Virus record (IMG/VR): IMGVR_UViG_3300045988_117988
DNA: 40,645 nt
Reading direction: 5' to 3' (one strand)
DNA from: a virus
The position numbers were made by a program, and so were the translations under genes. Numbering within the stretch: the first letter of the stretch is position 1; every line of letters begins with the position of its first letter. Below are positions 9,196 through 18,600 of the stretch, one piece after another. Below the pieces are notes generated by a model. The model worked only from the letters and a program-made list of their open reading frames with translations. It had not been told where the DNA came from and did not search any database.

Positions 9196-10070
9196 TACCC
9201 TTGCAGTTTGCCTTACGGCGTAGAATGATGATGGCAAGGGGCTTACTGCCAAGTGAATATACTCAGGTTGAATATATTCAGGGCATTGGTTCACAGTACA
9301 TTGATACTGGGTTTGTGGTTAACAAGTCCGATAACTATGTGTTAGAAATAGATGGATTGTTTCTTTCGCAGGCGCAAGCGTATCAAGGCTGCAATGGCTA
9401 TATGCAGTTTTTCACCAGTAGTAAATATGGTATAAGTGGCGATAGCTCTGTTGCAGTTGGTAATCGTAATACCGTGCGCGTAGAGTACGCTAATCAAACT
9501 GAAAAACTCTTTGTAGACGGAGCACAAATAGAGAGCAAATCGTGGTCAACATACAATGGCTCTAATGTTAAACTCGGTATTTTACGTCTCGGCGATGTCT
9601 ACAACGGGTGGTTTACTGGGCCGATAGCTCAAGGCATGATATACGGTTATAAGGTGTGGAAGAACAATATCCTTGTTTCGGAATGTGTACCTTGTGTGCG
9701 TAATAGTGATAATAAAGTTGGGGTATATGATATAATTCAAAAAAACTTTATTACTAATGCTGGTGCTGGAACATTTATTGCTCCCGGTATGAAAATATAT
9801 ACTGTGAAATCATATGGGTCTGAGAACGGGTTTCGAGCTTCCGTAACTGTTGATGATGTAAACGTAAAATATGCAACTATTTCGGTGGTAGAGGGGGCGC
9901 GCTGCACGGTTAGTCTCGCGAATGACAATAATGCTTATAATAGTGTAATAGTGAACAATGCTACGGTTGCAGGTGGTTTTGGGTCTGTGTCTTATACGTT
10001 TACTATAGATAGTAATACAATAATTGAGTATGGTTACTTTGACTATATAGAATGTAGAATTACAAAGTAA
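9192..10070 (+). CDS. Receptor-binding-like cassette protein 2 (AT-rich)
   Basis: 292 aa. The N-terminus LRRRMMMARGLLPSEYTQVEYIQGIGSQYIDTGF resembles a family commonly found next to gut-phage tail fibres. The region is AT-rich. Confidence 0.7.
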   Translation: MIPLQFALRRRMMMARGLLPSEYTQVEYIQGIGSQYIDTGFVVNKSDNYVLEIDGLFLSQAQAYQGCNGYMQFFTSSKYGISGDSSVAVGNRNTVRVEYANQTEKLFVDGAQIESKSWSTYNGSNVKLGILRLGDVYNGWFTGPIAQGMIYGYKVWKNNILVSECVPCVRNSDNKVGVYDIIQKNFITNAGAGTFIAPGMKIYTVKSYGSENGFRASVTVDDVNVKYATISVVEGARCTVSLANDNNAYNSVIVNNATVAGGFGSVSYTFTIDSNTIIEYGYFDYIECRITK

Positions 10071-10123
10071 TAAAGAGATTAAATACTTATAATTATAATT
10101 AACGGTATAAAAGGAGTTCTCCA

Positions 10124-10447
10124 ATGCTGAACATGAACTATGCCAAGCTGGTGGGCGGGTATCTCGAATATTTACGCCTGCCGGTTGAGTTGAAGTCGCC
10201 GCTTATAATCAACGGTGTGACGCACCCCGCAGGGGCGCACCTCTCCACCAATGACGACGCGGCAATAAAGGAGCTGGGCTATAAGCCCGTGACCCGAACT
10301 GCAATGCCCACACGGGAGGGATACTACTACACCGAGAAGTGGACGGAAACCGACACGGCGATAGTGCAAGAATGGGAAGAACATGAACAGCCCCCGGCTA
10401 TCGACTATACCGAAGTCCTTGATATTATGACAGGAGAAAAAGCATGA
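10124..10447 (+). CDS. Hypothetical protein (tail-fibre neighbourhood)
   Basis: 107 aa with AAAGGAG before the ATG. Confidence 0.6.
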   Translation: MLNMNYAKLVGGYLEYLRLPVELKSPLIINGVTHPAGAHLSTNDDAAIKELGYKPVTRTAMPTREGYYYTEKWTETDTAIVQEWEEHEQPPAIDYTEVLDIMTGEKA

Positions 10448-10854
10448 TAGTACGCACGGCAGAAGAAGCACGAGTATGGCGAGCGCAACTTGAGAAAGCA
10501 CTGCCCGCTGTACCTGATAAGGACGCAAGCGGTTGCGTAGACCTCTATCCAACCTTAAAACAGAACGGCAGTCTCATAAAAGCCGGAACTCGTATCAACT
10601 GGAACGGCTGGCTCAAACAGGCCACCGTAGACCTATGGGATACCGAGGCCAACGACCCCGACCATGCACCTAACCTGTGGGTGAAGATAAACTATAAGGA
10701 TGGTGTTCGGGTTATCCCTGACGTAATCTCAGCAGCCGAGGCATTTGCACTTGATGAGCTTGGCTGGTGGAACGGTGCGATATACAAGAGCCTCATAGCC
10801 GCCAACGTCTACACCCCAGACGCATACCCACAGGGATGGGAACTTCAGGAATAA
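10444..10854 (+). CDS. Hypothetical protein with two Trp/Tyr-rich carbohydrate-binding-like repeats
   Basis: 136 aa with ATGA overlap to the upstream gene. Two repeats, LIKAGTRINWNGWLKQA...DHAPNLW and WWNGAIYKSL...TPDAYPQGW, resemble CBM5/12-type motifs. This is an inference. Confidence 0.5.
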   Translation: MIVRTAEEARVWRAQLEKALPAVPDKDASGCVDLYPTLKQNGSLIKAGTRINWNGWLKQATVDLWDTEANDPDHAPNLWVKINYKDGVRVIPDVISAAEAFALDELGWWNGAIYKSLIAANVYTPDAYPQGWELQE

Positions 10855-10876
10855 GGAGCCGCACGGCTCTTTTTTC
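10855..10876 (+). terminator. Intrinsic terminator
   Basis: GAGCC-gcac-GGCTC followed by TTTTTTC, placed directly after the stop codon at 10854. Confidence 0.65.
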
Positions 10877-10915
10877 ATAATTAAAAAACAAAAATAAAGA
10901 AAGGAAAAAATCAAA

Positions 10916-11470
10916 ATGAAGAAACTTACTTGTATCCTCGCGGTAATGCTCATGCTGTGCCTCTGCACCATAGCCTACGCCGCAGACCCCGTAACTCTGG
11001 ATATAACCGCACTGGACTACCAGACCGGCAAGGCGGTATCCAAAACCTACGTCAACAACGAGCTGTTTTTACTCAAGGTTGACCTGGGCATCCCCCGGTT
11101 TTTCGACCTGACCGATATGGAGCTTATAATCGAACTGGACGGCGTAAAGCTGGACGCGAACGACCTGAGATTGGAAACCGGCACATATTACCTGAGCGGC
11201 ATAGTTACCGACCAGCCCGCCGCCCTCCGTATAACCGTCAAGGACATGGCCTACGAAAACGCCACCACGGCAGAAGAACTCTACAACGCCATGCAGAAAA
11301 ACAGGACTGTCAGCAAAACCTACTATTTTAACGCCGCGCAGCCCGCCGAACAGTCCATTGCAAAAAATCCCGTGGTGATACCCAAGACCGGCGGCGCCTC
11401 CGTCCTCGCATATGCGGTATCCATAGCCCTGATAGGATTCGGCCTCGCGGTGGCAGGTAAACGCAGATGA
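10916..11470 (+). CDS. Secreted, sortase-anchored (LPXTG-type) cell-surface protein
   Basis: N-terminal signal peptide MKKLTCILAVMLMLCLCTIAYA/ADP. The C-terminus has IPKTG, then a hydrophobic stretch ASVLAYAVSIALIGFGLAVAG, then KRR. Confidence 0.75.
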   Translation: MKKLTCILAVMLMLCLCTIAYAADPVTLDITALDYQTGKAVSKTYVNNELFLLKVDLGIPRFFDLTDMELIIELDGVKLDANDLRLETGTYYLSGIVTDQPAALRITVKDMAYENATTAEELYNAMQKNRTVSKTYYFNAAQPAEQSIAKNPVVIPKTGGASVLAYAVSIALIGFGLAVAGKRR

Positions 11471-12240
11471 GCAGAGTAACAGGCTTCATAGAATACCTCG
11501 AAAGTCATGTGGGGGATATGTACGTCTGGGGTGCGCAGGGGCAGCAGGTTGACAGCATGAGCGACCCCTACGCATGGATAGAACGGCGCGAAACCAGCGA
11601 CACGAATTACAACCGCGCCGTGAAATTCATGGAGAAGGCCGAAAAACGGCCTCTCTACGCATTCGACTGTTCTGGCCTCATCGTACACTACATCAGCGAC
11701 ATAAAGCACTGGATGAAGGGCGACACCAACGCCCAGGGGCTTTACCGTATGTGCGGCGAAAACAGGGGCTACGCCGGGAAAACCCCCATGTGTGCGGGCG
11801 ACCTCGTATTCAAGTACAGCGAAAGCAGCAAGAAAATGGTACATGTCGGCGTATACGTCGGCGACGGCTACACCATAGAGGCCAAAGGCCGGGACGATGG
11901 CATATGTAAGCGCAAACTGTCCGATGGCAGCTGGACGCACTGGGGGCGGCTGCCTCTGCTGCAAGCGGATGATCCGGAAGAAACGGAGGAAAAAGTGGCG
12001 AAGAAAATCGAACTGACCAGCCCTATGATGCGGGGCAACGATATCAAAGCCTTGCAGACCGCCCTTAACGCTCTGGGCTATGACGCGGGGGACGCGGACG
12101 GCATAGCGGGCAAAAACACCATTGCGGCCATACGGGCGTTTTGCCAGGCGCACAGCATGACACCGACAGAGCTACCGAACGTGTTGCAGGCTACCGTATC
12201 CGTGGACGGCAAAATCTATGTAGGCACACTAAAAAAATAA
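11467..12240 (+). CDS. Endolysin: NlpC/P60 peptidase + PG_binding_1 domain
   Basis: Catalytic Cys context AFDCSGLIVHY and His context MVHVGVYVGDGYTIEA. The C-terminus LTSPMMRGNDIKALQTALNALGYDAGDADGIAGKNTIAAIRAF is a peptidoglycan-binding repeat. Confidence 0.85.
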   Translation: MSRVTGFIEYLESHVGDMYVWGAQGQQVDSMSDPYAWIERRETSDTNYNRAVKFMEKAEKRPLYAFDCSGLIVHYISDIKHWMKGDTNAQGLYRMCGENRGYAGKTPMCAGDLVFKYSESSKKMVHVGVYVGDGYTIEAKGRDDGICKRKLSDGSWTHWGRLPLLQADDPEETEEKVAKKIELTSPMMRGNDIKALQTALNALGYDAGDADGIAGKNTIAAIRAFCQAHSMTPTELPNVLQATVSVDGKIYVGTLKK

Positions 12241-12252
12241 GGAGGAGCACCC

Positions 12253-12552
12253 ATGACCAAAGAATGGATATGGGCAATCGTAACGGGACTGAGCGGCATT
12301 TTGCTGGGCTGGATTGCCCACATAAAGACCGCAAGGAAAGACGCGGTTGATGCGGCTACACACGACACCGCCATTGATACCGCGCTCAAATCGGACGTGG
12401 ACTACATCAAGCGCGGCGTGGACGATATCAAACTCGATATGCGGGCGCAGGCCAGCAAGGTCGAGGGCATAGACCGCCGCGTGACGCGGGTGGAGGAAAG
12501 CGCGAAAAGCGCCCACCACCGGCTGGACAGGCTCGAAGCACACAACAATTAA
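12253..12552 (+). CDS. Lysis-cassette membrane protein (N-terminal TM + coiled coil; holin/XhlA-like)
   Basis: 99 aa with the TM segment WIWAIVTGLSGILLGWIAHI followed by a helical charged region. It directly follows the endolysin gene. Confidence 0.55.
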   Translation: MTKEWIWAIVTGLSGILLGWIAHIKTARKDAVDAATHDTAIDTALKSDVDYIKRGVDDIKLDMRAQASKVEGIDRRVTRVEESAKSAHHRLDRLEAHNN

Positions 12553-12566
12553 AGGAGGAAAAGAAA

Positions 12567-12767
12567 ATGAAACTCTCGAACAAGGTATACGACATTCTCA
12601 AGGCAATCGCCCTGATCTGGCTCCCCGCCATAGGCACCCTCTATTTTGCCCTTGCGGGTATCTGGAACCTCCCCTATCCTGAGGAGATCGTCGGCACCAT
12701 CACCGCCGTTGACACGTTCCTCGGTGCGGTGCTGGGTATATCCTCGGCAAACTACAACAAACAGTAG
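12567..12767 (+). CDS. Holin (two TM segments, Dp-1-like pattern)
   Basis: 66 aa. KVYDILKAIALIWLPAIGTLYFALAGIWNLPYPEEIVGTITAVDTFLGAVLGIS. Confidence 0.7.
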   Translation: MKLSNKVYDILKAIALIWLPAIGTLYFALAGIWNLPYPEEIVGTITAVDTFLGAVLGISSANYNKQ

Positions 12768-12864
12768 CCCCCGGACGGGATTCCCTTTCAATAGCCCCTG
12801 CTTCGGCGGGGGCAAATCTTGTATAAAGGAGGTGTAGGCTTTTGGAGAAGCGGCCTCTTATTAT

Positions 12865-13107
12865 ATGGACAAGACCCTGCTAAATTCCCGCCCCCGGTCA
12901 GAGTGGGAAGCACTCATACACGAATGGATACATAACGAAAAAGACCGCTGGCTGATAACCCGCCGCCTTTTAGACGGGGTACCATACGACGCTTTGACGG
13001 GCGAATACCAGCTTAAATTTGAAATACCCCTTGAATATGACCAGATACGAAGGCGGTGCAAGGCTGCCGAAAAACAACTGATAAAACACTGCCATATGCC
13101 CTCGTAG
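12865..13107 (+). CDS. Small sigma-70 region-4-like / HTH regulator
   Basis: 80 aa. The ...NEKDRWLITRRLLDGVPYDALTGEYQL...IRRRCKAAEKQL pattern resembles small phage sigma-like regulators. The ATG has no well-placed SD. Confidence 0.5.
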   Translation: MDKTLLNSRPRSEWEALIHEWIHNEKDRWLITRRLLDGVPYDALTGEYQLKFEIPLEYDQIRRRCKAAEKQLIKHCHMPS

Positions 13108-13176
13108 GAATCGGCTTTATGCGCGACAATATAAGCAACAGGAGCGCGCCTGATTACATTTCGGAGGAAAAAAACT

Positions 13177-13629
13177 ATGGCAGAATACGCATCTCAGGGA
13201 GTGGGCACCGCTGGCCTCGTAACCGGCATAATCGGTTCGGCTGGCTGGCTGCTCAACGGCGGCCTTACCGACTTTGGCCTCGGTAGGAACGGCAGGAACG
13301 GCGACAGCGACGAAAAGCCCGTATCCCGCTATGAACTGTCGCTTGTGCAGGAGAACGCCATTCTCAAAGCACAGGCGGACATAGACAAGAAGCTCGTTGA
13401 GGTTTACAACGCCATCAACGACAAGGCCAACGGCATGCGCGACGCGTTCAACGCTTTCGAGAAAGAACAGCTCGTGTACAACGGCGTAAACACCGCGACA
13501 ATCGGATGTATGCAGCAGAACATTCAAGCCCTGCTTGCCATGACCAAGATGGTCATACCCAACAGCTCCGTATGCCCCGGCTGGGGTAACGCGACTGTCA
13601 CGGTAAGCACCGGCACGGCTACGACCTAA
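13177..13629 (+). CDS. Hypothetical protein with an N-terminal glycine-zipper segment
   Basis: 150 aa with GGAGGAA before the ATG. GVGTAGLVTGIIGSAGWLLNGG is followed by a coiled-coil region. Confidence 0.6.
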   Translation: MAEYASQGVGTAGLVTGIIGSAGWLLNGGLTDFGLGRNGRNGDSDEKPVSRYELSLVQENAILKAQADIDKKLVEVYNAINDKANGMRDAFNAFEKEQLVYNGVNTATIGCMQQNIQALLAMTKMVIPNSSVCPGWGNATVTVSTGTATT

Positions 13630-13668
13630 AGGGGCGGGCAACTGCCCCTATCTCAGTAAGGAGGAAAC

Positions 13669-14001
13669 ATGATTACGCTGCAACGTTTCAAGACCGGCCT
13701 TGCCCGGTATGCCGATACCGAGCTCGTGCCGAAGCTGGAAGGCTGGAAGAAGATAGCTTTCGGCGCGGGGGCTTCACTCATGCTGTCAGCCCCGGACGAA
13801 AAACTGTTGAAACTGCTGCATTCCCCCGCAATATCCATGATGGGCATTGTGGACGAGCAGGACAATATAGACATTGACGCTCTGTATAAAGCTGTCGTTC
13901 CGCAGTTTGAGAGCAAACAGCGGCTTCCCCTGCCTCTGGTTGGAGATTTTACCTTTGACCGTAGCGACATTGAAACGCTGTACCGCTTCATGACAGACTG
14001 A
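13669..14001 (+). CDS. Hypothetical protein
   Basis: 110 aa with AAGGAGG before the ATG. Confidence 0.6.
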   Translation: MITLQRFKTGLARYADTELVPKLEGWKKIAFGAGASLMLSAPDEKLLKLLHSPAISMMGIVDEQDNIDIDALYKAVVPQFESKQRLPLPLVGDFTFDRSDIETLYRFMTD

Positions 14002-14003
14002 AA

Positions 14004-14441
14004 ATGAGTAAGTTTTTAGAAATGATAGACTGCATCTCGCGCAAAGGCCGGAACATAGACGAAGTTACCGCCGTACTGGATGACGCTATGGGCATAATTA
14101 AAGACCGCATGCCCGACCTGTACCACGAAACCATACACCAGCTTGCGGCCATAGCTTACGCCATAACCCCAGAGGAAGCGCGGGACAAGGTACGCTCCAT
14201 GCGTCCTTACGGCCAGAAGTGGGATTATGATACCGTCAAAGCATTCCTTGCCGCGAAGGGCATCAACAACGACGTATGCAAATACTACCTTTGCATGAAT
14301 ATGGCCTACAACGACTACTACAAGACGGCGGAGAGCGTGGGGAAGGGCGAAGATCCCGAATTCTATTTCAGCATAGCAAGGGACTTTATCAACGACGCAG
14401 ACGCATCACCGTTCAAGATAGAGAAGTATTTCTCTGCGTAA
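14004..14441 (+). CDS. Hypothetical protein
   Basis: 145 aa, starting 2 nt after the upstream stop codon. Confidence 0.55.
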   Translation: MSKFLEMIDCISRKGRNIDEVTAVLDDAMGIIKDRMPDLYHETIHQLAAIAYAITPEEARDKVRSMRPYGQKWDYDTVKAFLAAKGINNDVCKYYLCMNMAYNDYYKTAESVGKGEDPEFYFSIARDFINDADASPFKIEKYFSA

Positions 14442-14505
14442 CACATGAATGACATTTGCCCTCGGCGGTTATTCGCCGGGGGTACTTTTATAGGAGGAAA
14501 ACTAA

Positions 14506-15594
14506 ATGGCAGAAAACACCAACTATGATGAGCTGCTTAAAAAGCTCGGCCTAACCGATGAAGCAGCTATAAAAAAGTGGCAGAAGGAATACGGCCTTGA
14601 CCAGACCGGCACATGGGGCGCAGCTGAACAGGCGGCATATGACACCTACGGAGCCCTGCCCTATAAGACCGAACAGGCCATAAAGGACTACCAGCTATCC
14701 CGTGGCATAGAGGATACAGGCGCATGGGACGACGCTACTAAGCTTGCCTATCGCGGCGACCTTGCGGCCCAGGGCAGCGTGAATGATTGGTCCGACCTTG
14801 CAAAAATGGTGATGTCCGAGTACAAGCTCCCCACCACGGACAAGGACGAAATCAAATCCTACGTTGAATCCTACCTTCGCACCGCATACGACCAGTCCAT
14901 AGAAAACAGGCGCAAGCAGACCGAAGCAGATAGGGCCATGATAGACCTCGATGCCTATTCCCGCGGCATGGGCGGCAGTACATGGGTGACTGACGCGAAG
15001 CAGCGCTTACAGGATGCAGAGGCCGACGACATAGCAAAGATGGAGGCGAACTATCAGGCCGGGCTTAATGAGGCTGTCCTGAACCAGTACAATCAGGCAG
15101 TAGCACAGGGGCTTGCGGCGCAGAACAACGCCTACGACCTCGCCAAAGACCTGTATTCGCTGGGCCAGAACGCAAAAGCCGGCGTAGGCAGTGTGCCAAG
15201 TTCCGGCGGCAGTGGTGGTGGCGGCGGCGGTTATTCCTACAGCAGAGGCAAGAAGAAATCTTCCGGCAGCGGTGGTGGTAGTAGTGGTAGCGGCAATATG
15301 ACCTATACTCAGTGGCTCATGAACGCTAACGACGGCGATATTTTCAAGGCCGCAGTGGCAGCACAGGATTCCGGCGTTAAGAATGCAGCTCGGGGCCTCG
15401 GCTATGACAGCAAGACCGTAAACACCGTTGGTACTATATTGCACGACCAGGCTTCCGGTATGAAGCGCACAGAACAGCTTAAAAACCAAGTCATAAAGAG
15501 CGGCGGCAAGAAAACCTCTACCACAACCAGAACCAACAAGAACAAGACCACCAGCACCGGTAGCAATCGCCGTATGTCTGGACAGATGATGTAA
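14506..15594 (+). CDS. Putative internal virion protein with two PG-binding-like repeats, a Gly/Ser tract and a basic tail
   Basis: Repeats IKKWQKEYGLDQTGTWGAAEQAAY and IKDYQLSRGIEDTGAWDDATKLAY. Followed by SGGSGGGGGGYSYSRGKKKSSGSGGGSSGSG and a Lys/Thr-rich C-terminus. Confidence 0.55.
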   Translation: MAENTNYDELLKKLGLTDEAAIKKWQKEYGLDQTGTWGAAEQAAYDTYGALPYKTEQAIKDYQLSRGIEDTGAWDDATKLAYRGDLAAQGSVNDWSDLAKMVMSEYKLPTTDKDEIKSYVESYLRTAYDQSIENRRKQTEADRAMIDLDAYSRGMGGSTWVTDAKQRLQDAEADDIAKMEANYQAGLNEAVLNQYNQAVAQGLAAQNNAYDLAKDLYSLGQNAKAGVGSVPSSGGSGGGGGGYSYSRGKKKSSGSGGGSSGSGNMTYTQWLMNANDGDIFKAAVAAQDSGVKNAARGLGYDSKTVNTVGTILHDQASGMKRTEQLKNQVIKSGGKKTSTTTRTNKNKTTSTGSNRRMSGQMM

Positions 15595-15604
15595 GGAGTT
15601 TGAT

Positions 15605-18600
15605 ATGGCATACACTAAGGAGCAAATGGCGAGTGCGGCGGGCGTAATAGATTCCGGCAAAGGCGTTAATAAAAAGGTAAACGTTAGCAACGAATCCCTA
15701 AGCGCAGGCTCATACGAAGGTGCTATGGCTCGGCGCGAGGCCTCCGGCGGCAGGGTAGGCGACGGGCGGTATGACAAAGACGCTTATGTCTATCGCCCCG
15801 AAACCAATACTTTTTATGATACTGAAGCTGTTCAGAAGGCAAAGGACAGCTTTACAAACTGGATGACCGCCGGCAAGGGCGCGAACAACAAGAACTGGGG
15901 TTATGATATGAGCGACCCGGAAGATGTAAACCGCTACTATTCCGGACAGATATCAAAGAAGTATGAAGCCGGGTACGGCACTGATTCTTTTTCTCAGTGG
16001 TTGAAGGAAAACGGTTTGCCGCAGGCTGACTACTTCGACAGCAAGTATTATAAAGATGCCTACGCCTCTGTTCTTGCCGATCGCGTAGAGAAACAGAAGG
16101 CGCGGGATTTTAGGAATGCCGTAGTCCGGGAAATGTGGAACACCGCCAGCGACCCCATGAATCTGACAGATGAGGATTTGGTTGCGGCATATGACAGGGT
16201 AAGGCTGAACAACCCGATATATAACGGTATCGAGCTTTACAATGCCAAAGACAAGGACACGGACTACGGCGATTACGATTCCCAGATTCTTGCCGAACGG
16301 GCGGCGCAGGAAAAGGAAACCAAGAGCAGGGCGGGCAAGCTGAACATAGATGAAGTCTGGGGCGATATTGACCGACTGCAACGGGCGCAGAACACCCGCG
16401 AACAGTGGGCGGCTGACAAGGTTAAAGCAGAGGCGGAAACCAAAACCAATCAGGCGCAGAAAATCATTGACAACGCCATAGCCAACAACAACTTTTCCGC
16501 CGAGATAGATAAGCGCGTTGGCCTTGCAAAGGATAGCAATCTCAACGAATACAACGCGAACAAGCAGCGTAAACAGGCTGCGTCGGATGCCGCTATAAAT
16601 GCCATGCGTGAAGCCGGATATTCCAATCAGGATATAAAGAAGAGTATTCGTAACGACGGCAGGCTTTCATATTCTGAATCCACCGAAGGCAAGGCCAACG
16701 AAGCGGAACGCATAAAGCGGCGCGACAGCTCCGATACCACGACCGCAAAGATATTGGGCGGCATGGACAGCTTTACGCAGGGCGCAGTTGACAAGGCTAA
16801 GAAGCTGGGCAATATGGGGACATCGGCACAGCAAGGCTTTTCCCCCATCTCCATGATGGAGGGCTACGGCATGTCAGCGCAGGAAACGCAAGCTGTGAAC
16901 AACTATGTGGATACCACCCGCGCCATACTCGAAACACAGGGCTACAACGGCCTTGAAATCGACAACGCACTCCGCCGCGCAGATTTAGGCGAATACATAC
17001 CCACGGCGACCGCCCGCACGAATTATGCCACGTATACCTTGCAGGAGTGCGGCATGAGCGACGAGCAGATTCAATACGTCCTCAGCACCTACACCGAGGA
17101 CGACTGGAAAAACACGGACAGGGACATGAAGGCCAGCGATTATGTGGAGAACAGTACCGTTGACCAGTTGGCAAACTCCATCATATCCATGCCTATTCGC
17201 GCAGCCCTGTCTATCGCCACCGGAGCTGTCGGCCTTGCGGACATGGCAACTGCCGGGATACAGAAGCGCGATGAGCTTTGGAAAACCACACAGGCATTGC
17301 AGGAGGAAGCCGCATGGTGGACACAGTATTCACACGACCGCAACCACGAGATAATTTCCACCGCTGCCGATGTCGGTTCGGAAATCATGCGCATGTACGC
17401 CACTTCCCTTACGGGTTCAGTCCTTGCGGCAGGAGCGACAAAGGTTCTGGGCAACGCCGCCGGAACAAACTTCCTGTTCGGTTTCATCACCAAGAACGCA
17501 AGCCGTATGCCGTTCGTGGCCAACTCCATAGGCAACTACTACCTTGAAGCCATGAACGACGGCGCAACGACAGGACAAGCAACGGCATATGCCATTCCCG
17601 CCGGACTTCTCGAAGGCTACCTTGAATCCCTTGAAATGGGTGAAACCCTGCAACACGCCTTCGGTACAAACATAGTCGGTAAGAAAATCGCGGCAAGCGG
17701 CCTTTCCGCCAACTTCAAGACCTTCGCAATAACAAAGGGTATGCCCTTTGTCAACTTCGCATTGGGCACCATCGGTGAAGGTCTTGAAGAAGCCGCGTCC
17801 TACTACGGCTCGTCAATCGCGAGAATGGCTACATGGGATAAGGGATATGAAATGGACTTCTCCGAAATGTGGGACAATGCTAAAGGCGGTTTGCTCATAG
17901 GCGGCATAATGAATGGCCTGTCTATGGGGGCGCATACGCAATCCTACAAATACGCATCGGAGATATACAAGGGCACTGGCGGCAACTATGCGGCTTACCT
18001 CGATAGTTTCATGTCTGCTATGCACATGGAGAATATGAACGATGTGCAGCGGCAAGCTCTCATTGACAAGTATAACAGCGGCGAGATCAACGTTTCCCGC
18101 GACGCTGCCATTAACGCAGGAGTTGAGATACAGACCAATGCCGAAGTAGTATCTGCTAAGAAACAGGCCGTTGAGTCCGCAGAAAACGATGCTGCCGTTA
18201 AGGTGGAGAACGCCAACAATAAAGTCACTCAGGCCGAACAGCGGCTTGCCGGTATTGACGATCCCGACCCAGTAAAGAAGGGCAAAAAGATTGCACAGGC
18301 ATCTCGGGAGCTGACTGCGGCAAAGGCAGCAGCGAGCCAAACGGCGAGCGAGGGGCAGAAGAAGGTAGACACTGCGACGGCGGACTACAAGTCCGAAGCG
18401 GCAAAGGCCAAGCGCAAGAATGCCGCCAATCAGCAGCTGGTTGACGAGTATCACGCATCGAAGTATTGTAGCGATATAGAACGTGACACCGTAAACGCCC
18501 CCGTAGGCGGTTCAGCCGCCGACCCAGCCGCTAATACCAATGTGGGTGCAAATACGGCTCAGAACGGTATTGATACAATCAAAAATGGTGTTGCGCAGAC

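Noticed and set aside
7336-10070. Diversity-generating retroelement targeting the fibre or cassette genes
   Set aside because: No reverse transcriptase gene exists anywhere in the genome, and I could not see a template/variable repeat pair.
11323-12153. 276-aa minus-strand ORF
   Set aside because: It is antisense to the endolysin, which has clear catalytic motifs, and its sequence is Arg/Ala/Pro-rich nonsense. It is a shadow ORF. The same reasoning applies to 1246-1770, 1707-2216, 7704-8240, 15007-15777, 17813-18454 and 19112-19612.
13630-13650. Hairpin AGGGGC-N8-GCCCCT after gene 13177-13629, and a similar one at 14458-14485
   Set aside because: The stems are GC-rich but have no U-tract. 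They may be RNA stabilisers or weak attenuators and are not called as terminators.
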